NCBI GenBank assembly: GCA_964016885.1
Contig: OZ024760.1
Span: 28,086,001-28,150,000, forward strand
Direction of reading: 5' to 3'
DNA: 64,000 nt
From: Eledone cirrhosa
Taxonomy: Eukaryota
Shown: in pieces, positions 1 through 17,532 of the stretch
Layout: each line of letters begins with the position of its first letter
Numbering within the stretch: the stretch's first letter is position 1
Position numbers and translations under genes: made by a program
Notes under the pieces: model-generated
What the model saw: only the letters and a program-made list of their open reading frames with translations
The model's database searches: none
Told to the model about the DNA's origin: nothing

Positions 1-3000
1 AGAAATTAGAAATTGGAATAAATGCTCTGAAATAGCGATATATATGTGAATATAGACATAGAATATTCGAAAATATTCTGTATGTTTATAATAAACATTT
101 TGAAGACCTAATCGCTATAGAATAGAATACGTCACGTATTACAATTAGATTCTCGATAAAAGCAAGGGAAGTAATCTACGCGTTTCATTCTTGTTAGAAA
201 TCATCAGGACTACATATCCAGTGCTTTTATCGAGAATGACACAGCTAGAGACTTATAGAATACTTAGCTGTGTACAGGAACTGTTTTGAAAGAGCGGTTG
301 CCGGTCCGGCAGAAATTAGAAATTGGAATAAATGCTCTGAAATAGCGATATATATGTGAATATAGACATAGAATATTCGAAAATATTCTGTATGTTTATA
401 ATAAACATTTTGAAGACCTAATCGCTATAGAATAGAATACGTCACGTATTACAATTAGATTCTCGATAAAAGCAAGGGAAGTAATCTACGCGTTTCATTC
501 TTGTTAGAAATCATCAGGACTACATATCCAGTGCTTTTATCGAGAATGACACAGCTAGAGACTTATAGAATACTTAGCTGTGTACAGGAACTGGTTTGAA
601 AGAGCGGTTGCCGGTCCGGCAGAAATTAGAAATTGGAATAAATGCTCTGAAATAGCGATATATATGTGAATATAGACATAGAATATTCGAAAATATTCTG
701 TATGTTTATAATAAACATTTTGAAGACCTAATCACTATAGAATAGAATACGTCACGTATTACAATTAGATTCTCGATAAAAGCAAGGGAAGTAATCTACG
801 CGTTTCATTCTTGTTAGAAATCATCAGGACTACATATCCAGTGCTTTTATCGAGAATGACACAGCTAGAGACTTATAGAATACTTAGCTGTGTACAGGAA
901 CTGGTTTGAAAGAGCGGTTGCCGGTCCGGCAGAAATTAGAAATTGGAATAAATGCTCTGAAATAGCGATATATATGTGAATATAGACATAGAATATTCGA
1001 AAATATTCTGTATGTTTATAATAAACATTTTGAAGACCTAATCGCTATAGAATAGAATACGTCACGTATTACAATTAGATTCTCGATAAAAGCAAGGGAA
1101 GTAATCTACGCGTTTCATTCTTGTTAGAAATCATCAGGACTACATATCCAGTGCTTTTATCGAGAATGACACAGCTAGAGACTTATAGAATACTTAGCTG
1201 TGTACAGGAACTGGTTTGAAAGAGCGGTTGCCGGTCCGGCAGAAATTAGAAATTGGAATAAATGCTCTGAAATAGCGATATATATGTGAATATAGACATA
1301 GAATATTCGAAAATATTCTGTATGTTTATAATAAACATTTTGAAGACCTAATCGCTATAGAATAGAATACGTCACGTATTACAATTAGATTCTCGATAAA
1401 AGCAAGGGAAGTAATCTACGCGTTTCATTCTTGTTATAAATCATCAGGACTACATATCCAGTGCTTTTATCGAGAATGACACAGCTAGAGACTTATAGAA
1501 TACTTAGCTGTGTACAGGAACTGGTTTGAAAGAGCGGTTGCCGGTCCGGCAGAAATTAGAAATTGGAATAAATGCTCTGAAATAGCGATATATATGTGAA
1601 TATAGACATAGAATATTCGAAAATATTCTGTATGTTTATAATAAACATTTTGAAGACCTAATCGCTATAGAATAGAATACGTCACGTATTACAATTAGAT
1701 TCTCGATAAAAGCAAGGGAAGTAATCTACGCGTTTCATTCTTGTTAGAAATCATCAGGACTACATATCCAGTGCTTTTATCGAGAATGACACAGCTAGAG
1801 ACTTATAGAATACTTAGCTGTGTACAGGAACTGGTTTGAAAGAGCGGTTGCCGGTCCGGCAGAAATTAGAAATTGGAATAAATGCTCTGAAATAGCGATA
1901 TATATGTGAATATAGACATATAATATTCGAAAATATTCTGTATGTTTATAATAAACATTTTGAAGACCTAATCGCTATAGAATAGAATACGTCACGTATT
2001 ACAATTAGATTCTCGATAAAAGCAAGGGAAGTAATCTACGCGTTTCATTCTTGTTAGAAATCATCAGGACTACATATCCAGTGCTTTTATCGAGAATGAC
2101 ACAGCTAGAGACTTATAGAATACTTAGCTGTGTACAGGAACTGGTTTGAAAGAGCGGTTGCCGGTCCGGCAGAAATTAGAAATTGGAATAAATGCTCTGA
2201 AATAGCGATATATATGTGAATATAGACATAGAATATTCGAAAATATTCTGTATGTTTATAATAAACATTTTGAAGACCTAATCGCTATAGAATAGAATAC
2301 GTCACGTATTACAATTAGATTCTCGATAAAAGCAAGGGAAGTAATCTACGCGTTTCATTCTTGTTAGAAATCATCAGGACTACATATCCAGTGCTTTTAT
2401 CGAGAATGACACAGCTAGAGACTTATAGAATACTTAGCTGTGTACAGGAACTGGTTTGAAAGAGCGGTTGCCGGTCCGGCAGAAATTAGAAATTGGAATA
2501 AATGCTCTGAAATAGCGATATATATGTGAATATAGACATAGAATATTCGAAAATATTCTGTATGTTTATAATAAACATTTTGAAGACCTAATCGCTATAG
2601 AATAGAATACGTCACGTATTACAATTAGATTCTCGATAAAAGCAAGGGAAGTAATCTACGCGTTTCATTCTTGTTAGAAATCATCAGGACTACATATCCA
2701 GTGCTTTTATCGAGAATGACACAGCTAGAGACTTATAGAATACTTAGCTGTGTACAGGAACTGGTTTGAAAGAGCGGTTGCCGGTCCGACAGAAATTAGA
2801 AATTGGAATAAATGCTCTGAAATAGCGATATATATGTGAATATAGACATAGAATATTCGAAAATATTCTGTATGTTTATAATAAACATTTTGAAGACCTA
2901 ATCGCTATAGAATAGAATACGTCACGTATTACAATTAGATTCTCGATAAAAGCAAGGGAAGTAATCTACGCGTTTCATTCTTGTTAGAAATCATCAGGAC

Positions 3001-6000
3001 TACATATCCAGTGCTTTTATCGAGAATGACACAGCTAGAGACTTATAGAATACTTAGCTGTGTACAGGAACTGGTTTGAAAGAGCGGTTGCCGGTCCGGC
3101 AGAAATTAGAAATTGGAATAAATGCTCTGAAATAGCGATATATATGTGAATATAGACATAGAATATTCGAAAATATTCTGTATGTTTATAATAAACATTT
3201 TGAAGACCTAATCGCTATAGAATAGAATACGTCACGTATTACAATTAGATTCTCGATAAAAGCAAGGGAAGTAATCTACGCGTTTCATTCTTGTTAGAAA
3301 TCATTAGAAATCATCAGGACTACATATCCAGTGCTTTTATCGAGAATGACACAGCTAGAGACTTATAGAATACTTAGCTGTGTACAGGAACTGGTTTGAA
3401 AGAGCGGTTGCCGGTCCGGCAGAAATTAGAAATTGGAATAAATGCTCTGAAATAGCGATATATATGTGAATATAGACATAGAATATTCGAAAATATTCTG
3501 TATGTTTATAATAAACATTTTGAAGACCTAATCGCTATAGAATAGAATACGTCACGTATTACAATTAGATTCTCGATAAAAGCAAGGGAAGTAATCTACG
3601 CGTTTCATTCTTGTTAGAAATCATCAGGACTACATATCCAGTGCTTTTATCGAGAATGACACAGCTAGAGACTTATAGAATACTTAGCTGTGTACAGGAA
3701 CTGGTTTGAAAGAGCGGTTGCCGGTCCGGCAGAAATTAGAAATTGGAATAAATGCTCTGAAATAGCGATATATATGTGAATATAGACATAGAATATTCGA
3801 AAATATTCTGTATGTTTATAATAAACATTTTGAAGACCTAATCGCTATAGAATAGAATACGTCACGTATTACAATTAGATTCTCGATAAAAGCAAGGGAA
3901 GTAATCTACGCGTTTCATTCTTGTTAGAAATCATCAGGACTACATATCCAGTGCTTTTATCGAGAATGACACAGCTAGAGACTTATAGAATACTTAGCTG
4001 TGTACAGGAACTGGTTTGAAAGAGCGGTTGCCGGTCCGGCAGAAATTAGAAATTGGAATAAATGCTCTGAAATAGCGATATATATGTGAATATAGACATA
4101 GAATATTCGAAAATATTCTGTATGTTTATAATAAACATTTTGAAGACCTAATCGCTATAGAATAGAATACGTCACGTATTACAATTAGATTCTCGATAAA
4201 AGCAAGGGAAGTAATCTACGCGTTTCATTCTTGTTAGAAATCATCAGGACTACATATCCAGTGCTTTTATCGAGAATGACACAGCTAGAGACTTATAGAA
4301 TACTTAGCTGTGTACAGGAACTGGTTTGAAAGAGCGGTTGCCGGTCCGACAGAAATTAGAAATTGGAATAAATGCTCTGAAATAGCGATATATATGTGAA
4401 TATAGACATAGAATATTCGAAAATATTCTGTATGTTTATAATAAACATTTTGAAGACCTAATCGCTATAGAATAGAATACGTCACGTATTACAATTAGAT
4501 TCTCGATAAAAGCAAGGGAAGTAATCTACGCGTTTCATTCTTGTTAGAAATCATCAGGACTACATATCCAGTGCTTTTATCGAGAATGACACAGCTAGAG
4601 ACTTATAGAATACTTAGCTGTGTACAGGAACTGGTTTGAAAGAGCGGTTGCCGGTCCGGCAGAAATTAGAAATTGGAATAAATGCTCTGAAATAGCGATA
4701 TATATGTGAATATAGACATAGAATATTCGAAAATATTCTGTATGTTTATAATAAACATTTTGAAGACCTAATCGCTATAGAATAGAATACGTCACGTATT
4801 ACAATTAGATTCTCGATAAAAGCAAGGGAAGTAATCTACGCGTTTCATTCTTGTTAGAAATCATCAGGACTACATATCCAGTGCTTTTATCGAGAATGAC
4901 ACAGCTAGAGACTTATAGAATACTTAGCTGTGTACAGGAACTGGTTTGAAAGAGCGGTTGCCGGTCCGGCAGAAATTAGAAATTGGAATAAATGCTCTGA
5001 AATAGCGATATATATGTGAATATAGACATAGAATATTCGAAAATATTCTGTATGTTTATAATAAACATTTTGAAGACCTAATCGCTATAGAATAGAATAC
5101 GTCACGTATTACAATTAGATTCTCGATAAAAGCAAGGGAAGTAATCTACGCGTTTCATTCTTGTTAGAAATCATCAGGACTACATATCCAGTGCTTTTAT
5201 CGAGAATGACACAGCTAGAGACTTATAGAATACTTAGCTGTGTACAGGAACTGGTTTGAAAGAGCGGTTGCCGGTCCGGCAGAAATTAGAAATTGGAATA
5301 AATGCTCTGAAATAGCGATATATATGTGAATATAGACATAGAATATTCGAAAATATTCTGTATGTTTATAATAAACATTTTGAAGACCTAATCGCTATAG
5401 AATAGAATACGTCACGTATTACAATTAGATTCTCGATAAAAGCAAGGGAAGTAATCTACGCGTTTCATTCTTGTTAGAAATCATCAGGACTACATATCCA
5501 GTGCTTTTATCGAGAATGACACAGCTAGAGACTTATAGAATACTTAGCTGTGTACAGGAACTGGTTTGAAAGAGCGGTTGCCGGTCCGGCAGAAATTAGA
5601 AATTGGAATAAATGCTCTGAAATAGCGATATATATGTGAATATAGACATAGAATATTCGAAAATATTCTGTATGTTTATAATAAACATTTTGAAGACCTA
5701 ATCGCTATAGAATAGAATACGTCACGTATTACAATTAGATTCTCGATAAAAGCAAGGGAAGTAATCTACGCGTTTCATTCTTGTTAGAAATCATCAGGAC
5801 TACATATCCAGTGCTTTTATCGAGAATGACACAGCTAGAGACTTATAGAATACTTAGCTGTGTACAGGAACTGGTTTGAAAGAGCGGTTGCCGGTCCGGC
5901 AGAAATTAGAAATTGGAATAAATGCTCTGAAATAGCGATATATATGTGAATATAGACATAGAATATTCGAAAATATTCTGTATGTTTATAATAAACATTT

Positions 6001-7475
6001 TGAAGACCTAATCGCTATAGAATAGAATACGTCACGTATTACAATTAGATTCTCGATAAAAGCAAGGGAAGTAATCTACGCGTTTCATTCTTGTTAGAAA
6101 TCATCAGGACTACATATCCAGTGCTTTTATCGAGAATGACACAGCTAGAGACTTATAGAATACTTAGCTGTGTACAGGAACTGGTTTGAAAGAGCGGTTG
6201 CCGGTCCGGCAGAAATTAGAAATTGGAATAAATGCTCTGAAATAGCGATATATATGTGAATATAGACATAGAATATTCGAAAATATTCTGTATGTTTATA
6301 ATAAACATTTTGAAGACCTAATCGCTATAGAATAGAATACGTCACGTATTACAATTAGATTCTCGATAAAAGCAAGGGAAGTAATCTACGCGTTTCATTC
6401 TTGTTAGAAATCATCAGGACTACATATCCAGTGCTTTTATCGAGAATGACACAGCTAGAGACTTATAGAATACTTAGCTGTGTACAGGAACTGGTTTGAA
6501 AGAGCGGTTGCCGGTCCGGCAGAAATTAGAAATTGGAATAAATGCTCTGAAATAGCGATATATATGTGAATATAGACATAGAATATTCGAAAATATTCTG
6601 TATGTTTATAATAAACATTTTGAAGACCTAATCGCTATAGAATAGAATACGTCACGTATTACAATTAGATTCTCGATAAAAGCAAGGGAAGTAATCTACG
6701 CGTTTCATTCTTGTTAGAAATCATCAGGACTACATATCCAGTGCTTTTATCGAGAATGACACAGCTAGAGACTTATAGAATACTTAGCTGTGTACAGGAA
6801 CTGGTTTGAAAGAGCGGTTGCCGGTCCGGCAGAAATTAGAAATTGGAATAAATGCTCTGAAATAGCGATATATATGTGAATATAGACATAGAATATTCGA
6901 AAATATTCTGTATGTTTATAATAAACATTTTGAAGACCTAATCGCTCTAGAATAGAATACGTCACGTATTACAATTAGATTCTCGATAAAAGCAAGGGAA
7001 GTAATCTACGCGTTTCATTCTTGTTATAAATCATCAGGACTACATATCCAGTGCTTTTATCGAGAATGACACAGCTAGAGACTTATAGAATACTTAGCTG
7101 TGTACAGGAACTGGTTTGAAAGAGCGGTTGCCGGTCCGGCAGAAATTAGAAATTGGAATAAATGCTCTGAAATAGCGATATATATGTGAATATAGACATA
7201 GAATATTCGAAAATATTCTGTATGTTTATAATAAACATTTTGAAGACCTAATCGCTATAGAATAGAATACGTCACGTATTACAATTAGATTCTCGATAAA
7301 AGCAAGGGAAGTAATCTACGCGTTTCATTCTTGTTAGAAATCTTCAGGACTACATATCCAGTGCTTTTATCGAGAATGACACAGCTAGAGACTTATAGAA
7401 TACTTAGCTGTGTACAGGAACTGGTTTGAAAGAGCGGTTGCCGGTCCGGCAGAAATTAGAAATTGGAATAAATGC
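1..7475 (-). repeat. 310-bp tandem array (24 full units + partial; runs off the left edge), each unit carrying a minimal type I hammerhead ribozyme on the minus strand; retrozyme/PLE pLTR-like
   Basis: Units start at 1, 311, 621 ... 7141, 7451 and are nearly identical. Unit 11 has a 10-bp duplication near 3301. Minus strand reads GTAGTC-CTGATGA-TTTCT aaca AGAAT-GAAA-CGCG-TA-GATTAC. Confidence 0.95.
171..213 (-). ncRNA. Minimal type I hammerhead ribozyme (first of 24 copies, repeated every 310 bp)
   Basis: Stem I GUAGUC/GAUUAC, core CUGAUGA, stem II UUCU/AGAA with AACA loop, GAAA, palindromic stem III ACGCGU, GUA cleavage triplet (cut between + coordinates 177 and 176). A perfect 16-bp inverted repeat (149-164/222-237) extends stem I. 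Confidence 0.88.
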
Positions 7476-7680
7476 ACTGGATATGTAGTCCTGAAGATTT
7501 CTAACAAGAATGAAACGCGTAGATTACTTCCCTTGCTTTTATCGAGAATCTAATTGTAATACGTGACGTATTCTATTCTATAGCGATTAGGTCTTCAAAA
7601 TGTTTATTATAAACATACAGAATATTTTCGAATATTCTATGTCTATATTCACATATATATCGCTATTTCAGAGCATTTAT

Positions 7681-7686
<6 letters not shown>
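7474..7686 (+). repeat. Inverted partial copy of the 310-bp unit capping the array, with a + strand HHR
   Basis: Reverse complement of most of the last unit. It shares the private CTGAAGA variant of unit 24 (tcttcag at 7341-7347) and ends directly in (AT)n. Confidence 0.92.
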
Positions 7687-10852
<3,166 letters not shown>

Positions 10853-11790
10853 AAAAAAAATATATATATATATATATATATATATCTCCATATATATATA
10901 TGTATATATATAGGTATATATATAGGTATATATATGTATATATATGTATATATATATGTATATATATATCTATATATATGTATAGTTGAAAATTGCAAAC
11001 TTGACTGTCACCACACATTATGAACCTGAAGATTGCGAAAGCATGAAAGTACTTGTTCAATTAACACTTAGAATTTAATATTCTATCATACTATTTCATT
11101 ATAATACCTTTATAAATTTTAAAGGATTGTAAATAAAACGAGTAAATCAGACAAAATATACACAATCATACACACCCGTGTATATTTATCTATCTATATA
11201 TATATATATGTATATATATGTAGGTATGTATATATATATATATGTATATGTATATATGTATATATATATATATGTATATATATTTATATGTATATATATG
11301 TGTATGTATATATATATATGTATATATATGTGTGTACATAGGTATATATGTGTGTATACATATGTATATATATGTGTGTACATATGTATATATATGTATA
11401 TATATACATATATGTATATATATACATATATGTACATATGTATATATATGTGTATGTATATATATATATATATGTATATATATGTGTGTACATATGTATA
11501 TATATATGTATATGTATATATATGTGTGTATATATATATGTATATGTATATATATGTGTGTATATATATATGTATATATATGTGTATATATATATATGTA
11601 TATGTATATATATGTGTGTATATATATATGTATATATATGTGTTTATATATGTATATATATGTATGTGTAAATATGTATATATATTTTTATATATATATG
11701 TATGTATATATATATGTATATATATATGTATATATAGGTATATATATGTGTGTATATATATATGTATGTATATGTATATATATATATGTG

Positions 11791-11821
<31 letters not shown>

Positions 11822-11835
11822 GTATATATACGTAT

Positions 11836-12400
11836 GTTGGTCTCATGGTCGGGTCGTTGGCGACTAAACTGGCAACCGCACCAAGGTTTCTTGGTGAGGA
11901 GGGTAACTTTGGACATCCTGCAGGACTAAAATCAAAACCTGTCAAAGAGCAAAGGAGCTCTTAAGAGTCAATGGCCATCCAAAATCACTGGGAGAGATGA
12001 CCCCTTAGCCTATGTCAAGGCAGAATTCTAGGAGAAGGAAAACTCTGATATAACACCTGCAAGCCTGATGGTATCCAATGATGTTGACTTGTTCTTCATT
12101 TTGGTAAATATCATCTTGGTTAAGGGAGTGGGACTGGCTTTGTGCAGTGCCTTTGCTCACTATAAAAGCTTCACGGCACAGGCATTGCTTTATATCTGGA
12201 GATCTCTCTGCACTTGTCGTCACATAGTGCTGGGCCCATGGTACCATGTGTCAATAATGTACCAGAGTTTTCAATAATGTACCAGAGTTTTCAAGTCGCT
12301 GGCTGGACTAAAAAGTTACACTTGTTTAGCGCATCGGTAGGGGTTTTCCTACATGGATATAAAGTAGTGGCCGTATTCGAAAACGAGTTGGCACCCACCA
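11836..12400 (+). mobile_element. Non-autonomous retroelement with RTE-like 5'UTR motif, 3' stem-loop and (TATG)/(TA) tail
   Basis: GGAGAAGGAAAACTCTGA motif resembles RTE 5'UTRs. Terminal hairpin gtggc..actcg aaaa cgagt..gccac is clearest in the 13697 copy. Copies at 13697-14212, 14268-14370 (partial) and 18597-19065 (minus). Confidence 0.6.
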
Positions 12401-12524
12401 TATATATGTATATATGTATATATATGTGTGTATATATATATGTATATATATGTGTGTATATATATATGTATATATATATCTATATATGTATATATATGTA
12501 TGTATATATATATATGTATATATA

Positions 12525-12797
12525 CATGTAACAGGAGGAAACAATAGCACCACTGACGATGTTGCAGATGTGCAACGAAAGAACTTTGATAAACTATATA
12601 TATGTGTGTGTGCCTATATTGTATCTGTATTATTTTTGACCGTCGGTCAGTCAATGGCAACATTGAGGACCGAATAGATTAGATTACCGATTTAAAAGAG
12701 ACAGAAGCGAAAAGCGAAACCCAACCAAACAGTGAGTGTGATCTGTTATTAATTCTGGCAATATTACACAAATATGACCCTCCCCAAGTATAACAAT
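12525..12797 (+). mobile_element. Dispersed repeat with degenerate HHR (CTGACGA..GAAA at 12553-12580)
   Basis: CTGACGA-T-GTTGCA gatg TGCAAC-GAAA-GAAC-TT; stem I is imperfect. Homologous copies at ~40960-41212 (+, CTGATGA 40989) and 26840-26945 (-, partial). Confidence 0.55.
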
Positions 12798-13696
12798 ATA
12801 TATATATCTATCTATATATATATATGTATATATATATGTATATATATATGTGTATATATATGTATGTATATGTATATATGTATATATATGTGTGTATATA
12901 TATATGTATCTATATATGTATATATATATATATGTATCTATATATGTATATATATATATATGTATATATATATGTATATATATATATATATGTACATATA
13001 TATATGTATAGATGTATATATATATGTGTATATGTATAGATGTATATATATATGTGTATATGTATATATATGTATATATGTGTATATGTATATATATGTA
13101 TATATATGTATATGTATATATATGTATATATATGTATATATGTATATATATATGTATATATATGTATATATGTATATATATATATATGTGTGTGTATATA
13201 TATGTATATATGTATATATATATATGTGTATATATATGTATATATGTATATATATATATGTGTATATATATATATATATGTGTATATATATGTATATATG
13301 TATATATATATATGTGTATATATATGTATATATGTATATATATATATATGTGTATATATATGTATATATGTATATATATATATGTGTATATATATGTATA
13401 TATATATATGTGTCTATATATGTATATATGTATATATATATATGTGTATATATATGTATATATATATATATGTGTATATATATGTATATATGTATATATA
13501 TATGTGTGTATATATATTTATGTATATATATTTATATATGTATATATATATGTGTATATATATATATGTATATGTGTATATATATTTATATATGTATATA
13601 TATTTATATATGTATATATATATGTGTATATATATATGTGTATATATATATATGTATATATATATATGTGTATATATATTTGTCAGGTATATATAT

Positions 13697-14212
13697 TATG
13701 TCAGGTCACCAGTTGGTGCTACTGGTAACTTGTATCCCAGTACAACCTGTCTCATGGTCGGGTCGTTGGCGACTAAACTGGCAACCCCACCAATGTTTCT
13801 TGGAGAGATGACCCCTTAGCCTTTGTCAAGGCAGAATTCTAGGAGAAGGAAGACTCTGATATAACACCTGCAAGCCTGATGGTATCCAATGATGTTGACT
13901 TGTTCTTCTTTTTGGTAAATATCATCTTGGTTAAGAGAGTGGGACTGGCTTTGTGCAGTGCCTTTGCTCACTATAAAAGCTTCACGGCACAGGCATTGCT
14001 TTATATCTGGAGATCTCTCTGCACTTGTCGTCATATGGTACCATGGGCCCAGCACTATGTGTCAATAATTGTCACAAGTGTAGTGTTTGTACCAGAGTTT
14101 TCAAGTCGCTGGCTGGACTAAAAATTCACACGCGTTCAGCGCATCGGTAGGGGTTCTCCTACATGGATATAAAGTAGTGGCCGTACTCGAAAACGAGTTG
14201 GCAGCCACCATA
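13697..14212 (+). mobile_element. Copy of the RTE-like non-autonomous element
   Basis: High similarity to 11836-12400 and to the reverse complement of 18597-19065; followed by (TATG)n. Confidence 0.7.
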
Positions 14213-14840
14213 TGTATGTATGTATATATATATGTATGTATGTATATATATATGTATATATATATGTCCGGGAGAGATGACCCCTTAGCCTTTGTCAAGG
14301 CAGAATTCTAGGAGAAGGAAAACTCTGATATAACACCTGCAACCCTGATGGTATCCAATGATGTTGACTTATATATGTGTGTATATATATATGTATATAT
14401 ATGTGTGTATATATATATGTATATATGTATATATATATATGTGTATATATATATATTTGTATATATATGTGTATATATGTATATTTGTATATATATGTGT
14501 ATATATATGTATATATATGTATAATATTTATATATATGTGTATATATATGTGTATACACATGTGTATATATATGTATATATATGTATATATTTATATATA
14601 TATGTATATATATATGTATATATTTATATATATGTGTATATATATGTATATATATGTATATATTTATATATATGTGTATATATATATGTATATCTGTGTG
14701 TATATGTATGTGTGTGTGATGGTGAGGGAGAAATTCATAGCGATGTAGGAATGCTGGGAGGGAATCTATTATGCTCAATTAATTCAAATATATATACAAA
14801 TATGTGCACACACGCACACACATACACAGAGGGAAAGTGA

Positions 14841-14893
<53 letters not shown>

Positions 14894-15439
14894 CTATGTA
14901 TGTGAATTGCATATATATGTATGTATGTGTGTGTGTGTGTGTTTGTGTGTGTGTATGTGTTTCATATATGAGAGTGTGTGTATTTACGTGTCTATGTATG
15001 TGTGCTCGCATCTAAGTGCTCGCATTTGACGATTCCCTTGCTGTTTACAGTCTATCGTATACAAGAGATAGTCTTTAAGACATAAACGTCACCTCCATTT
15101 TCTAACGTCAGCTTCTCAATATTTTCGCTGCTTTTGTTTCACAACACTGAATTCCCATTTAACTCGTTATGTGGCATATTAGCTATGACAGTTGCGGATG
15201 ACATGCTTAAAGTTTCCATCTACTGAGAAGCACAAATGCGATAAAGGATTTGACATAAAGGAAACCTGCGTGAGTTTTAAGAAATTAAGCTGGCCATTAG
15301 TGGAATTTATGGCACTTATACACACAGACACACACACACATACATAAATGCATGTGTTTGTATGTGCATATGTATAAGATGAACAAACAATTTCACTGAA
15401 AATAAAAATATAGAGAGTATATAAACGGATATATATATA

Positions 15440-15518
15440 CAGGGTGTCGCCCAAACATGTATACACACTTTTATTACAATGCTGTTGAAGTAAGTGTACA
15501 TTTTTGGGGGACACCCTG
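15440..15518. mobile_element. 79-bp Tc1/mariner-type mini-MITE
   Basis: TA|CAGGGTGTC...GACACCCTG|TA terminal inverted repeats with TA flanks. Degenerate copies at 15700-15778 and 19160-19242. Confidence 0.7.
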
Positions 15519-15587
15519 TATGTATGTATGTATATATAAGAATATGAAAAAACAATTTAATTGAAAATAAAAACATATAGACATATT

Positions 15588-15699
<112 letters not shown>

Positions 15700-16094
15700 C
15701 AGAGTATCCCTCTAAAATGTATACACAGTTTTATTACAATGCTGTTGAAGTGTGTATACATTTTTTGGGGACACCCAGTATATATACGTATATATATATA
15801 TGAGAAAAATCTCTGATAGCTCATTTGTTTGGCATCTGAAAAGCGAGTTTTAGCCCCGAAATACCATGTCATAGTACACTGGGTGAATATATTATTTTTG
15901 TCTTGTCTGCTCTTCGTATTTTTGTACCGGCTTCGAGAAATATTGGTCTTTTGCCACACACACAAGACAGATTTTAGGGGGCAAACCCAAACGGCAGGAG
16001 ACCCAAAGTAGACCCCGAGAAAGATTGTTGGTTAACATCCATGAGCTCGGCTGATCTGGTTTAGGGACCCAGCTAGATCAATTTGCGACGGTTG

Positions 16095-16125
<31 letters not shown>

Positions 16126-16164
16126 ACACACACACCACACACCACACACCACACACACACCACA

Positions 16165-16209
<45 letters not shown>

Positions 16210-16221
16210 AACAAACACACA

Positions 16222-16397
16222 CAGGCAAAATTCCATTATAATGAATACTATTGTAACGAATTTTTCAGTATAACAAAATGTTTTCCAATCCTCGCCCTAC
16301 ACACTCAGTGTGTTAGGTCATTCTCCTTATAAAGAACTCTTCGCTACAACGAATTTTTATTGTACCTCGTGAATTTCGTTATAACGGAATTTCACTA
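16222..16397. mobile_element. Degenerate Tigger/pogo-type MITE
   Basis: Imperfect TIRs caggcaaaattccattataatgaa / ttcgttataacggaatttcact, with internal TAACGAA-type subterminal repeats. Confidence 0.5.
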
Positions 16398-16415
16398 TAT
16401 ATATATATATAACTA

Positions 16416-16577
16416 TAACGAAAGAAGTGTGGTAAGGAACCAGATGGACCATAACGCACCAGAGTACTCAATACTTAGGGTAGTAGAGTGGGTAATAGGA
16501 AAATGTTTAACTCCGACGGCAGAGCTCAAGCCGTTTCGACGGCTTGAGCTCTGCCGTCGGGGTTAGACATTTTCCTA
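16416..16577 (-). mobile_element. Fold-back element (family E): palindrome holding the 3' half of an HHR, plus an ~80-nt unpaired tail
   Basis: Palindrome ~16495-16577 flanked by (TA)n. Same family at 18294-18502, 42722-42902, 57856-58043, 50460-50520; solo tail at 48646-48726. Confidence 0.8.
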
Positions 16578-16637
16578 TATATATATATATATATATAAGG
16601 GAGAGAGATAGATATACATGCAAAGAAAGTATATATA

Positions 16638-16689
16638 TAAGTATGTATGTATACGTACATACATATATGTATACAGACGTACAGTAGCA

Positions 16690-16761
<72 letters not shown>

Positions 16762-16848
16762 TACATACAGGTACACATACATATATGCACGCATCAGTTT
16801 AGCGGACGATTGCCGCTTTGTTCGTTTGTCAACAAACTGAACAGTATG

Positions 16849-16930
<82 letters not shown>

Positions 16931-17350
16931 TGCTACTGTACGTCTGTATACATATATGTATGTACGTATACATACATACTTACATTTAAGTAAGTGCCAT
17001 ACTAAGAGTGAGAAATGAAATTTCGTTTTCATTTTTTTCAACTTATCGTTTTCGGTATGCCTGACCGATTTAACTCACTCAATATGCAAATTAGGCTGCT
17101 CAGCCGTTAATTTTCATACGGAAAGTATATACTTTCGAACGTTCAACTATCTGGCAGATGGGTAAACGGTGCTGATGATAGCTAACAAGCTTGAAACTAG
17201 TACATCGTTCCTGTGTCAGTGTTGAACAAAAAGGTGACGTGGTTGCCTTAACACCGTATGGCATAAATTCAGGCTGTTCAGTTTGTTGACAAACGAACAA
17301 AGCGGCAATCGTCCGCTAAACTGATGCGTGCATATATGTATGTGTACCTG

Positions 17351-17420
<70 letters not shown>

Positions 17421-17532
17421 TGCTACTGTACGTCTGTATACATATATGTATGTACGTATACATACATACTTACATTTAAGTAAGTGCCATACTAAGAGTG
17501 AGAAATGAAATTTCGTTTTCATTTTTTTTCAA

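Noticed and set aside
13697-13790. HDV-like ribozyme at the 5' end of the RTE-like element (CTAA-ACTGG, CCAGT)
   Set aside because: A consistent P1/P3/L3/P1.1 arrangement could not be built.
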